This document shows positions 8,538-16,935 of a stretch of 64,000 nt of DNA, piece after piece. Each line of letters begins with the position of its first letter. The first letter of the stretch is position 1. This DNA is from an uncultured Clostridia bacterium (GTDB taxonomy: Bacteria > Bacillota_I > Bacilli_A > RF39 > UBA660). The stretch covers positions 6,079 through 70,078 of the forward strand of contig CAMUZE010000001.1 of the NCBI GenBank assembly GCA_947165135.1. Reading direction: 5' to 3'. The notes under the pieces are model-generated. The model worked only from the letters and a program-made list of their open reading frames with translations, was not told where the DNA came from and ran no database searches. Made by a program: the position numbers and the translations under genes.

Positions 8538-8671
8538 GGGAGCAATTTTGCAAGTGCAAAATAAAAATGGTGTCACAAACCATTAGGATTTATCTATAAA
8601 TTCTAATATTGTGATACCACCCTCTTATCCTGATAGAAAAAGAATAAAAAATGCCCCTTCTGAGGGAGCAA
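8538..8671. repeat. Dispersed structured non-coding element, copy 2
   Basis: Homologous to 5-138 with pairing-preserving substitutions; an extra hairpin at 8451-8492 may belong to it. Confidence 0.9.
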
Positions 8672-8689
8672 TATTTTTATTAATATTTA

Positions 8690-11023
8690 TTATCTTTTTA
8701 TTGAATTTTCTTTATGTATTCTATGCCCTGTTTCATCGAATTCTTGGTAATATAATTCCATTAGTTCAGGATCTGCATTTACATTTCCTCCAATATACTC
8801 AATATTATCAAAATCTGTTATTTTAGATGCTTCTAAATATACATTTCCTCCTATTGTTATTAAATTATTTAAGGATTGAACTTTAGAATGGTAAAAATAT
8901 GCATTTCCACCTATTGTTGTTAGATTGCCTAAATCTTGAACTTGGGAATAATCAAGCCATACATCTCCTTCTATTGTTGTTAAATTACCTAAATCTTGAA
9001 TTTGAGAAATTGAAAAGTCTGCATTTCTTCCTATTATTGTTAGGTTGCCTAAATTTTGAACTTTTGAATGATTAAAATAAGCACTCCCCCCTATTGTGGT
9101 TAAATTTTTTAGATCTTGAACTTTTGAATAATTAAAATAAGCACTCCCCCCTATTGTGGTTAAATTTCTTAGATCTTGAACTTTTGAATAATTAAAATGA
9201 GCGTCTCCACCTATTGTTGTTAAATTTCCTAAAGATTGGATTTGGGAATTATCAAACCATGCATTTCCTCCTATTATTGTTAAATTTCCTAAATCTTGAA
9301 CTCTGCTATCAGAAAAATCTGCATTTCCAAATATAACTTTATATGGACATGTCTTTAAATTTTTATGTTTTTCATCATAAAAATTTATATCTTCAACTGC
9401 TATTTCTTCTTCATTACAATTATAGTATTCTACAATATTTTTCTTTATTTTTGGTAACAATCTTTTTAGTTTTTCTTTGTTTGTATTTTTACTTCCATGT
9501 GACTTATATTCATAATTGCCAAAAAAATCTTCTATTAATTGTTCGATATTTTCTTGTTTAAATATTCCATTTTCTATATCATGTATGTATTTTATAAGTC
9601 TTTTGTTCCATTCCTCTTTTCTTAACCACTTATCTCCATTCTTTATCTCTTTATTATTTTCTAAAAATGATATTGCTACTTTTCTATAGTCTTCTTCTAA
9701 TTCTTGGGCATTACCATTTAATATTCCTCTTACCTCATCTATTTCATTACCACTTGTTTTAACTGCTATATGTGGTTTATTATCTTTATCTACAAATACA
9801 TAAAAGTCTCCTTCTGCAAGTTGTGATGATGCTAAAGTCTTTGTACACCATGGTGTATCTTTTACTAATGAAGATAATTCTTGAGCATTTTTTAAATAGT
9901 TTTTTTCATCAGATGTTTTTCCATCAAATTTAATCCAATGCCCCATCCCATGTGTATTTACATTCTCTAATGAAATATTATTTCTTTGTGCTATTGTTTG
10001 ATTAAATATCTCTAGCCCTGCAAAATACAAATTTGCAAAGTTATTATAATTATCTACATTGTTATATATTGTATTTAATACTATTTCATTCAATGTCATA
10101 TGACTAGATATTGTTTCATGCATATTTCTTTTATTAACTATTGTTTTCTTTCCATCTGTTGTATCTAGTTTATATGTCTTTGATAATGTCTCTCTTAACA
10201 TTAATGCTTTAAATGAATCTTCATATGAAGTTCCTTTTATAAAATCTACTATATGTCTATATTCTTCATATAATTGATTTGTAAAATGATTTGCTAGTTC
10301 TTCCAAAACTTCTTGTTTATTATTTTTATAATAAGATGAGTCTTCTCCTCTTGACTCTAATGCTTTTAACTCACTTTCATACTCTCTTATTATATCTTTA
10401 CTTTCTGGATTTATTATAAAATCTTCTTTAGGTAAATTATATAATCTTTCTAATTCTCGTTTTATGTCTTCTTGTATCTTTTCTTGTCTTCCTTCTTTTT
10501 GTGGAAATATATGTTCTTTTCCATCATAAAAATTTAAGACAAATAACTTATCCCATTTTGACATATTCATATTATTTATTTGACTTGTTAAACTTAAATT
10601 CAAATACCTTTTTTGTTCTAAACTCTTTGTTATTTCTTTTAATACATAGTCTCCTAGTCTTAATCCTTGATCATATCTTATATTATAATTTCCTATTAAT
10701 ATATCTATTACTATTTCAGTATCTATTATTCCATCTTGTATTTCTTCTTCACTATATAATCCACTATATCTTAAGTAGTATTCACTTCTTATTTTTTCTA
10801 ATTTATCCTCATTTAATCTTAATATTTCTTCTTTTATTCTTTGAAATGTTTCATCATTTTCAAAAAAGTGTAATAGTTCATGTTTATTTACTTTTTCTAT
10901 ATCATTTGAGTTTTCATTTATATAAATAGTGTTTCCTAAAGAGTATCCCTCTATTTCAGAGTCGGTAATAAATTCAGTTTTTATTCCAAATTGTTTATTA
11001 AACTCTATTATCTTTTCTTTCAT
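8690..11023 (-). CDS. Multidomain protein: HExxH zincin-like N-terminus, central WCT-motif domain, C-terminal 20-aa LRR-like repeats
   Basis: KHELLHF; TPWCTK...FYVF....PHIAV; 9+ repeats of LTTIGGxAxFxxSKVQDLGN. Confidence 0.85.
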   Translation of the reverse strand: MKEKIIEFNKQFGIKTEFITDSEIEGYSLGNTIYINENSNDIEKVNKHELLHFFENDETFQRIKEEILRLNEDKLEKIRSEYYLRYSGLYSEEEIQDGIIDTEIVIDILIGNYNIRYDQGLRLGDYVLKEITKSLEQKRYLNLSLTSQINNMNMSKWDKLFVLNFYDGKEHIFPQKEGRQEKIQEDIKRELERLYNLPKEDFIINPESKDIIREYESELKALESRGEDSSYYKNNKQEVLEELANHFTNQLYEEYRHIVDFIKGTSYEDSFKALMLRETLSKTYKLDTTDGKKTIVNKRNMHETISSHMTLNEIVLNTIYNNVDNYNNFANLYFAGLEIFNQTIAQRNNISLENVNTHGMGHWIKFDGKTSDEKNYLKNAQELSSLVKDTPWCTKTLASSQLAEGDFYVFVDKDNKPHIAVKTSGNEIDEVRGILNGNAQELEEDYRKVAISFLENNKEIKNGDKWLRKEEWNKRLIKYIHDIENGIFKQENIEQLIEDFFGNYEYKSHGSKNTNKEKLKRLLPKIKKNIVEYYNCNEEEIAVEDINFYDEKHKNLKTCPYKVIFGNADFSDSRVQDLGNLTIIGGNAWFDNSQIQSLGNLTTIGGDAHFNYSKVQDLRNLTTIGGSAYFNYSKVQDLKNLTTIGGSAYFNHSKVQNLGNLTIIGRNADFSISQIQDLGNLTTIEGDVWLDYSQVQDLGNLTTIGGNAYFYHSKVQSLNNLITIGGNVYLEASKITDFDNIEYIGGNVNADPELMELYYQEFDETGHRIHKENSIKR
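8770..9340 (-). repeat. 60-bp coding tandem repeat (9 full units plus a partial one)
   Basis: 60-nt periodicity is visible; 9061-9120 and 9121-9180 differ at only 2 positions. Confidence 0.95.
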
Positions 11024-11171
11024 TTATTATCTTTAATACTTCCTCTTTACTTTTTCCACTATCTAGCAATTCTTTTATTTCTTTTTGAACTTTCAAATAC
11101 TCTTCTTTTTTATCTAATGGAACACTTACTAATTTCCCATCATAACTTTTAACTATTACTTTTTCTTCCAT
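10998..11171 (-). CDS. Small 57-aa protein not in the ORF track
   Basis: MEEKVIVKSYDGKLVSVPLDKKEEYLKVQKEIKELLDSGKSKEEVLKIINERKDNRV; AAGGAG RBS; overlaps the start of 8690..11023. Confidence 0.75.
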   Translation of the reverse strand: MEEKVIVKSYDGKLVSVPLDKKEEYLKVQKEIKELLDSGKSKEEVLKIINERKDNRV

Positions 11172-11261
11172 TATGAAAACTCCTTACTATTTAATTATAT
11201 CATATTTTGCTTTTTTTTTGATAAATTTTTATGATACAATAAATTTGTATAGGGAGGATAT

Positions 11262-11705
11262 ATGAAATTTGAAAATATAAATACAAATGAGATTAAAAAA
11301 ATTTGTGCTTCCGTGTTAAGAAAAGAATTACCACTTTCTACAGCAAAAGAATACTTAGAAGAAAACTATGGAATTACTAAAACAGAGTTAGGAATAGATG
11401 GTACATTTAGATTAGAATTTTCTAATGGAAAAGTATATAGTTTTGTAATCGAACCCAATTTTGAAAGATTAAGCCCTGATGAATTAAAGCACTTAGAATT
11501 AGTTCATGAGGCCGCTCACAAAGACATTCACATTGAAGACGCACAAATAGATTCAATACATATGCCAAACGGATTATCTGAACCAGAAAATTTAAATTTG
11601 CCTAGAGATTTTAAAGTTCAGAATTTAGATAATTTAACTGACGTAGGACCTGATTTTCATCTTGAAAATGTAGATACAGATGAATTAGGAAAACTAAGGC
11701 AATAA
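11262..11705 (+). CDS. Hypothetical protein with HExxH motif
   Basis: GGGAGG RBS; VHEAAH; degenerate internal repeat near the C-terminus. Confidence 0.75.
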   Translation: MKFENINTNEIKKICASVLRKELPLSTAKEYLEENYGITKTELGIDGTFRLEFSNGKVYSFVIEPNFERLSPDELKHLELVHEAAHKDIHIEDAQIDSIHMPNGLSEPENLNLPRDFKVQNLDNLTDVGPDFHLENVDTDELGKLRQ

Positions 11706-11729
11706 AAAATAGCTTATAGCTATTTTTTT
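11705..11729. terminator. Bidirectional intrinsic terminator
   Basis: aaaaatagct-tat-agctattttt between convergent units. Confidence 0.75.
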
Positions 11730-11730
11730 A

Positions 11731-12005
11731 TTATCTAAAATTTCTTTTTAAGCTCAAATCATCACTTAAAGTTGATTTAAAGTCTTTAGCTTCTACATCT
11801 TGGAATCTATTTATATTATTCTTTAATTCATATTGGTATTTTTTTAATAATATTATTTTATTCCTGTTATTTGCAAATTCATAGTCACTAAATAGGTTCT
11901 TTTTCTTTTCTAAATAATTTAAGTGAATAATTAGATTTCATTTCTTCTGATGCATTAATTAATTCTCTAATCGTATCATAATAATATAAGAATCCGTTAT
12001 CTTAT
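11731..12005 (-). pseudogene. Frameshifted, 5'-truncated cassette remnant
   Basis: Two offset frames (DNGFLYYYDTIRELINASEEM / NLIIHLNYLEKK...DDLSLKRNFR-stop), no credible start or RBS. Confidence 0.5.
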
Positions 12006-12017
12006 TCACTATATTAA

Positions 12018-12599
12018 TTATTTTTCACCTTTCAATGCTTTAATTTCTAATTCTAATTTTTTAATTTGTTCTTTTCTCTCCTCTTCTTCTCTTTTGTCAG
12101 ATAATTCTTGAGGTTCAATATTTACTTTTTCTGTAAAACCACATCTTGAACAAGTCCTCCACCAATAATATTTTGTTTCAGCAGATTCAACTACCTCGTG
12201 ATCAATGATTCCCTTTTCAATTGTTGTCCAACTTCCATCTTGCCACTCACCAAATAAATGCCCATCATGTTCACATATTTCTTTATTTTTTTCATTTTCT
12301 TGTGCCATAATAGCTAGGTTCATTACTTTAAAAATTTCTTCAATTGCTTTCTCTTGGTTTTCTTGCGATAACTCTAAAAATCTATTTAAAAGTGAATTAT
12401 TTTCAGCAATCTTATCTTTTCTACTAGCAGAATTCAATAATTTTTTTAGAAAGATTATTACTGCTTTTCTTCCTTGATCATTTTTTGGAAAATACATTTG
12501 TTGTTGCTCTAATCTTTCAACTATTGCTTTAGCAACTTCTAATTGTTGCTCTGGATTTAAATTTTCATAATTATGTAACCACGATTTTAAATTTTTCAT
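12018..12599 (-). CDS. Hypothetical protein with C-x3-GH...C-x2-C zinc-finger-like motif
   Basis: CEHDGHLFGEW...RTCSRCG; start moved to ATG 12599 behind AGGAGG. Confidence 0.8.
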   Translation of the reverse strand: MKNLKSWLHNYENLNPEQQLEVAKAIVERLEQQQMYFPKNDQGRKAVIIFLKKLLNSASRKDKIAENNSLLNRFLELSQENQEKAIEEIFKVMNLAIMAQENEKNKEICEHDGHLFGEWQDGSWTTIEKGIIDHEVVESAETKYYWWRTCSRCGFTEKVNIEPQELSDKREEEERKEQIKKLELEIKALKGEK

Positions 12600-12622
12600 A
12601 AGCCCTCCTTTAAATTTCAATA

Positions 12623-13447
12623 TTATTGTTTGTTTTCTTCATTTAACTTTTTAAGTCTTCTTGTATATTCACGTGCTTCAAATTCTATATAACACTCACT
12701 TGCAATATGTTCTTTTGGTATACTTTCTTCTCCACAATCTATTATTTGTGAAATTTCAGAATTGATGTGTTGTATATTTCTATCCAATAACTGTTTCAAT
12801 TTTTCTGTTGTTAATCTTTCTCTAATATATTTTAAAGTACTAGGATAAAATTTGCTATTTTCATCTAAGAAATTTCTTAAACTATATTGTTTATAATACG
12901 CACAATCAAATATTTGATATTCTTCTTTACCTTTTTCTGAATCAAATAGTTTTCTTTCTTTTTCAGTTACAAGTACTATCTTGTTATTCTCTATTAATTC
13001 TCTAATTTCATCAGCACTATAAATATGAGCGCTACTAACATTAGCATCTTCAGTATAAAGAATGATAAAGTTAATACCAACATCTTCATACCATGAATCA
13101 AACTTACCAAGTGCATTACATCTATCACCTGTTCTTAGAACAGTTTTTTGCATTTTTGTTTCAATTGTTTTTGAACCAACAAATTTTTTACCATAATATT
13201 TTCTTACAATATTTAAAAAATCTTGTTCATCCCAGTCCATTATAAATGCCATACCAGTTAATATTTTATAAAATTCCTCATCTGATATATTTTCTTTAAA
13301 TAATCTTTGCCAATCCTCAGCATCACTTAATAAGTCATCAATTTCTTTACATATATTAGATGCATCAACCACGCCAGTTTTAGAATACTTACTAATAGCT
13401 TGTTCATGTACATAACCTAATCTTTTTTCTAATAATTCAATGTTCAT
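12623..13447 (-). CDS. Hypothetical protein, paralog of 1472..2035
   Basis: C-terminal ~75 aa align by eye; AAGGAG RBS. Confidence 0.8.
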   Translation of the reverse strand: MNIELLEKRLGYVHEQAISKYSKTGVVDASNICKEIDDLLSDAEDWQRLFKENISDEEFYKILTGMAFIMDWDEQDFLNIVRKYYGKKFVGSKTIETKMQKTVLRTGDRCNALGKFDSWYEDVGINFIILYTEDANVSSAHIYSADEIRELIENNKIVLVTEKERKLFDSEKGKEEYQIFDCAYYKQYSLRNFLDENSKFYPSTLKYIRERLTTEKLKQLLDRNIQHINSEISQIIDCGEESIPKEHIASECYIEFEAREYTRRLKKLNEENKQ

Positions 13448-13487
13448 ATATTAATTCTCCTTTTATAACAATATATTATTTAATATT

Positions 13488-13805
13488 TTATTTTGTTTTT
13501 GATTCTTCAAGTATACGACACCTAGCCTCATTTGAAAAATTTTTATCAGAAGCAATATCATCTAAATTTTGTATTGTACTCAACACTTTTTTAATTTCTT
13601 TTTTTAAAAGATATTTATAATATTCTAATGATACAAAATCTCTAACATAATATCCATAATATACTTTTCCATCTACGTCTACCACTTTAAATTCAGTAGT
13701 CATCCCTTCTTGGCAACTATCAACTACAATTCCAATTTTATAATCAAGTATATTTCCAGATTTGTTAAGTATTACAACCTTTTGACTATTATCTAATTTT
13801 TCCAT
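13488..13805 (-). CDS. Hypothetical protein, paralog of 2160..2570
   Basis: Shared motifs; upstream ctccttaatggctatatattata matches the module at 2045-2067. Confidence 0.8.
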   Translation of the reverse strand: MEKLDNSQKVVILNKSGNILDYKIGIVVDSCQEGMTTEFKVVDVDGKVYYGYYVRDFVSLEYYKYLLKKEIKKVLSTIQNLDDIASDKNFSNEARCRILEESKTK

Positions 13806-13885
13806 TTAATTTTACTCCTTAATGGCTATATATTATATATTTTTTTAAAGCCGATTTCCAAGTTTTATCATAATATTTAATATTA

Positions 13886-14335
13886 TTAATTATTTTGTTT
13901 TCTTTCTAAAATTTGACTATTATTTTTAATCCCCTCATCTATCATATGTTCAATATCCATATACTCTGGTAATAAATGATACTGTTCTAATTCTTCTTCT
14001 ATACTTTTCAATAATACATTTAATTCTGTTTCTCTTTTCTTTATTTGTTCCTCAGTCAAATCATTTTCCCCTGCATGTTGACTATAAAATAGATAGTTTA
14101 ATTCTCCTTCAATTTGGAGTCTTTGATGGTACTGATTAATTAAATAATTACATTTTTCCTCATCAATTACATTAAGTAGAAACATTCTATGAATTTTATA
14201 TATTACTAATAAATCAAGTTTATCGTATCCTGCTCCATTAATAACTAATAAAGTTTCATTTTTATATGGATCGTACATAGTTTTTAAACTTTCTGCTTTT
14301 AATTTGCTTGCTAGTTCATATCTCTGCTTACTCAT
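13886..14335 (-). CDS. Hypothetical helical protein
   Basis: 149 aa; start overlaps the stop of the upstream gene; ends QILERKQNN. Confidence 0.8.
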   Translation of the reverse strand: MSKQRYELASKLKAESLKTMYDPYKNETLLVINGAGYDKLDLLVIYKIHRMFLLNVIDEEKCNYLINQYHQRLQIEGELNYLFYSQHAGENDLTEEQIKKRETELNVLLKSIEEELEQYHLLPEYMDIEHMIDEGIKNNSQILERKQNN

Positions 14336-14921
14336 TTTTACTAGTCTCTATTTTCTTCTCTAATTTAATAGTATCTTTTTCAGCATTTTGCTTTGCGACC
14401 AATTTTTTATATTGTTCATGTAAATAATATTTATTTCTTCTATGTAGATATTCAGCAGCTAAAAACAATCTGTTTTTTTCAAACTCCGTTATACTTCCTG
14501 ATGATAATAAATTAACTACACTTAATAAAAATTTTGCATAAAGTCCATCCACAATTTCATCAGAAGATAATACTTCTTCTCCATATTGTTCTACAGTACA
14601 TTCTGGATATTCTAACCCATATTGTCTTATTAAATGTATTGCTGCAATTAAAGTAGCATCATAATATCCTACTAACTCATTTACTGTTAACTTACCTTCT
14701 TCATATAATTCATGTCTTAATTTATAAAATTTTGTCCCCAATCTATAGCTTTCTACATCAGCCTGATTAATTGAATATTCATATGTAGGTTTTGCTTTAT
14801 CATATCCATAATATTTTTTGTCTAATTCATAGGTATTTTCAATATCCATTTTAGATATTTCTAATCTCATGATTTCATAATTTAATTTCTTGAATTCTTC
14901 TTTTTTATTATCTGTATCCAT
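14328..14921 (-). CDS. Hypothetical helical protein
   Basis: 197 aa, AAGGTG RBS. Confidence 0.8.
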   Translation of the reverse strand: MDTDNKKEEFKKLNYEIMRLEISKMDIENTYELDKKYYGYDKAKPTYEYSINQADVESYRLGTKFYKLRHELYEEGKLTVNELVGYYDATLIAAIHLIRQYGLEYPECTVEQYGEEVLSSDEIVDGLYAKFLLSVVNLLSSGSITEFEKNRLFLAAEYLHRRNKYYLHEQYKKLVAKQNAEKDTIKLEKKIETSKNE

Positions 14922-14997
14922 TTATACATCACCTTCTTAGCTCTATATAGTACTCTAAAAGTTATAAAAAGTCAAATAAAAAGCACTTATATAAGTG

Positions 14998-15693
14998 CTA
15001 CATTCTTTGCTGATATTCTTGTCTTTGATTTAATCCATAACAACTTGCAGGAATTAAATTACCAGACATATCTCTAACGTATACATTGGTGAATCTATAG
15101 AAATTATTATTTACATTATCATAGAAAATGAAGTTAACATCCCCTGTGCTTGTTACAACGCATCCCATTAGTTCAGCTTGTCTATTTTTAAATACTGCAT
15201 TTTCTTGATTCATCTGCATATAAGTTGTCAAATCTCCCAAAGAAAAGTTTTGATGATAAGGGTTATTTTTTTGTGCAGGATGTGAGTGTCCATGGCAAAC
15301 AACCATACCAGTGCCATTATTATTTCTTAATCTATTTTGCAAATCTGTTACCATTGCTTGATTAAAACTTGCCTGAGTGCCTCTTCTATCATTACTAGCA
15401 GACATAAACTGATTAAATTCAACTACATTTCCAGGAAGTTCTCTACCATATAAGAAAAATGGAAATTCTTGACCAGTTGAATTAGTTGCTTCTTGTACGG
15501 CCCTTAACATTTCATAAACTTGTTCAGTAACTATAATATATCCACTAGGCATATTATTAATAATAGAAGAATTAACAGGAGTAAATTCTCCTAAACTATT
15601 AAAATGATCAAAATTCTGTTTATGATATTGTCCATAAGGGTTTTTATTAATCATTATCTCTTTAACTTTTCTTACATACTCTTCCCTTGTCAT
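14998..15693 (-). CDS. JAB/MPN (JAMM) metalloprotease-like protein
   Basis: E(FPFFLYG)...HSHP-x11-S-x2-D, a JAMM-type motif with an insertion. Confidence 0.7.
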   Translation of the reverse strand: MTREEYVRKVKEIMINKNPYGQYHKQNFDHFNSLGEFTPVNSSIINNMPSGYIIVTEQVYEMLRAVQEATNSTGQEFPFFLYGRELPGNVVEFNQFMSASNDRRGTQASFNQAMVTDLQNRLRNNNGTGMVVCHGHSHPAQKNNPYHQNFSLGDLTTYMQMNQENAVFKNRQAELMGCVVTSTGDVNFIFYDNVNNNFYRFTNVYVRDMSGNLIPASCYGLNQRQEYQQRM

Positions 15694-15787
15694 AGTATTA
15701 TCTCCTATAATAATTATAACATGAACTAAAATACAGTTTAAATAACTATAAATATTTGATGTAAAATTTACATAAAAAAACCATATT

Positions 15788-16252
15788 TTAATTATGGTTT
15801 TTAGGAACTAATCTCATTTCTTTTTCATATGGAACACTTATAACTAAATAATCATTATATATATATCCAATCATTGGATCTCCATCATATTCAGGATGAT
15901 CAGTAAATCTTGAAATATCAATTCCCTGTTCTGCTAATAGATTTCTTAAATAAAAGAAATCTATTTTACTACTATCAAAGTCTTTACCTTTAGGTCCCCA
16001 ATTAAATGAATAGTCTAATATTAATCTAATGTTTCCATCTTCTTTAAAATAATAACAAGGAACTTCTTTTTTACCAAGTGAAGCAAAATTACTTGGATTC
16101 AATACTATTTTACCAACCTTACTATCTAAATTTAAAATTGTATTAAATAAATTATACATGCTTTCCATATAATTTTTTGTTCTTTGCTTTTCAGCTTCAT
16201 CTTTTTCTTTAATTTTTTTGGTTATATATTTATCAATTATATTTTCTGACAT
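15788..16252 (-). CDS. Hypothetical protein, paralog of 921..1364
   Basis: Full-length visual alignment; ends EMRLVPKNHN. Confidence 0.8.
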   Translation of the reverse strand: MSENIIDKYITKKIKEKDEAEKQRTKNYMESMYNLFNTILNLDSKVGKIVLNPSNFASLGKKEVPCYYFKEDGNIRLILDYSFNWGPKGKDFDSSKIDFFYLRNLLAEQGIDISRFTDHPEYDGDPMIGYIYNDYLVISVPYEKEMRLVPKNHN

Positions 16253-16271
16253 AATGTTACTCCAAAATAAA

Positions 16272-16880
16272 TTAACGCAGAAGTCTACTTGCTAAATATT
16301 GTTTATATATTTCAATTAAATCAGGGTCATGTTGATTTTTAGGCAAATTATCTAAATCAAAAAATTGCATTTTCTTTGATTCTTCATTCCACTTTAATTC
16401 ACCAGAATAATTTTTAATTCTATAAAATGCAGTATTATTTATAACAACATCTCCATTAGGATAATCATTTCTTCTTGATGGTCCAGAAACTATATCTATT
16501 AATTCTAAATCTTCTTCTCTTACATCAAGATTTGTTTCTTCTTTTACTTCTCTAATTATTGTATCTTGAAACCTTTCACCTAATTCTTGGCATCCACCAG
16601 GAACACCCCATTTATCTCTATCTGCTCTACTTTGAAGAAGAATTTGTCCGTTTTCATTTTCTATTATTGCAGCTGCTCCATCTTGAAGTAATACAAATCT
16701 ATGTTTTAATACACCCATACATAATCTAGTAAAAACTGGATAACCTATAATATTGCTTAATTCAATTATTTCATCAGAAGATAATTGTTCAATCATTTTT
16801 ACTAATTCATCATAAGCTATATTACGTTTTTCTTCTTGAGATAAATTTCTAATTTTTTCTAACAATTCTCTACTACTCAT
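16272..16880 (-). CDS. Nudix hydrolase with N-terminal extension
   Basis: Nudix box GGCQELGERFQDTIIREVKEETNL. Confidence 0.92.
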   Translation of the reverse strand: MSSRELLEKIRNLSQEEKRNIAYDELVKMIEQLSSDEIIELSNIIGYPVFTRLCMGVLKHRFVLLQDGAAAIIENENGQILLQSRADRDKWGVPGGCQELGERFQDTIIREVKEETNLDVREEDLELIDIVSGPSRRNDYPNGDVVINNTAFYRIKNYSGELKWNEESKKMQFFDLDNLPKNQHDPDLIEIYKQYLASRLLR

Positions 16881-16935
16881 TTTTAATCCTCAAAGTTACT
16901 ATAAATAGAATACCACATTTTATCTTTTTATTAAA

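Noticed and set aside
8611-8826. 71-aa plus-strand ORF starting in the structured repeat
   Set aside because: Antisense to the 777-aa gene, no RBS, and no equivalent ORF from copy 1.
8770-9340. 60-bp periodic repeats as a CRISPR array or DGR target
   Set aside because: Contiguous in-frame coding repeats without unique spacers; no cas genes, reverse transcriptase or template repeat in the window.
13886-14921. Paralogy between the two coupled helical ORFs, and between 2660..3136 and 61221..61640
   Set aside because: Resemblance too weak to support by eye; needs profile alignment.
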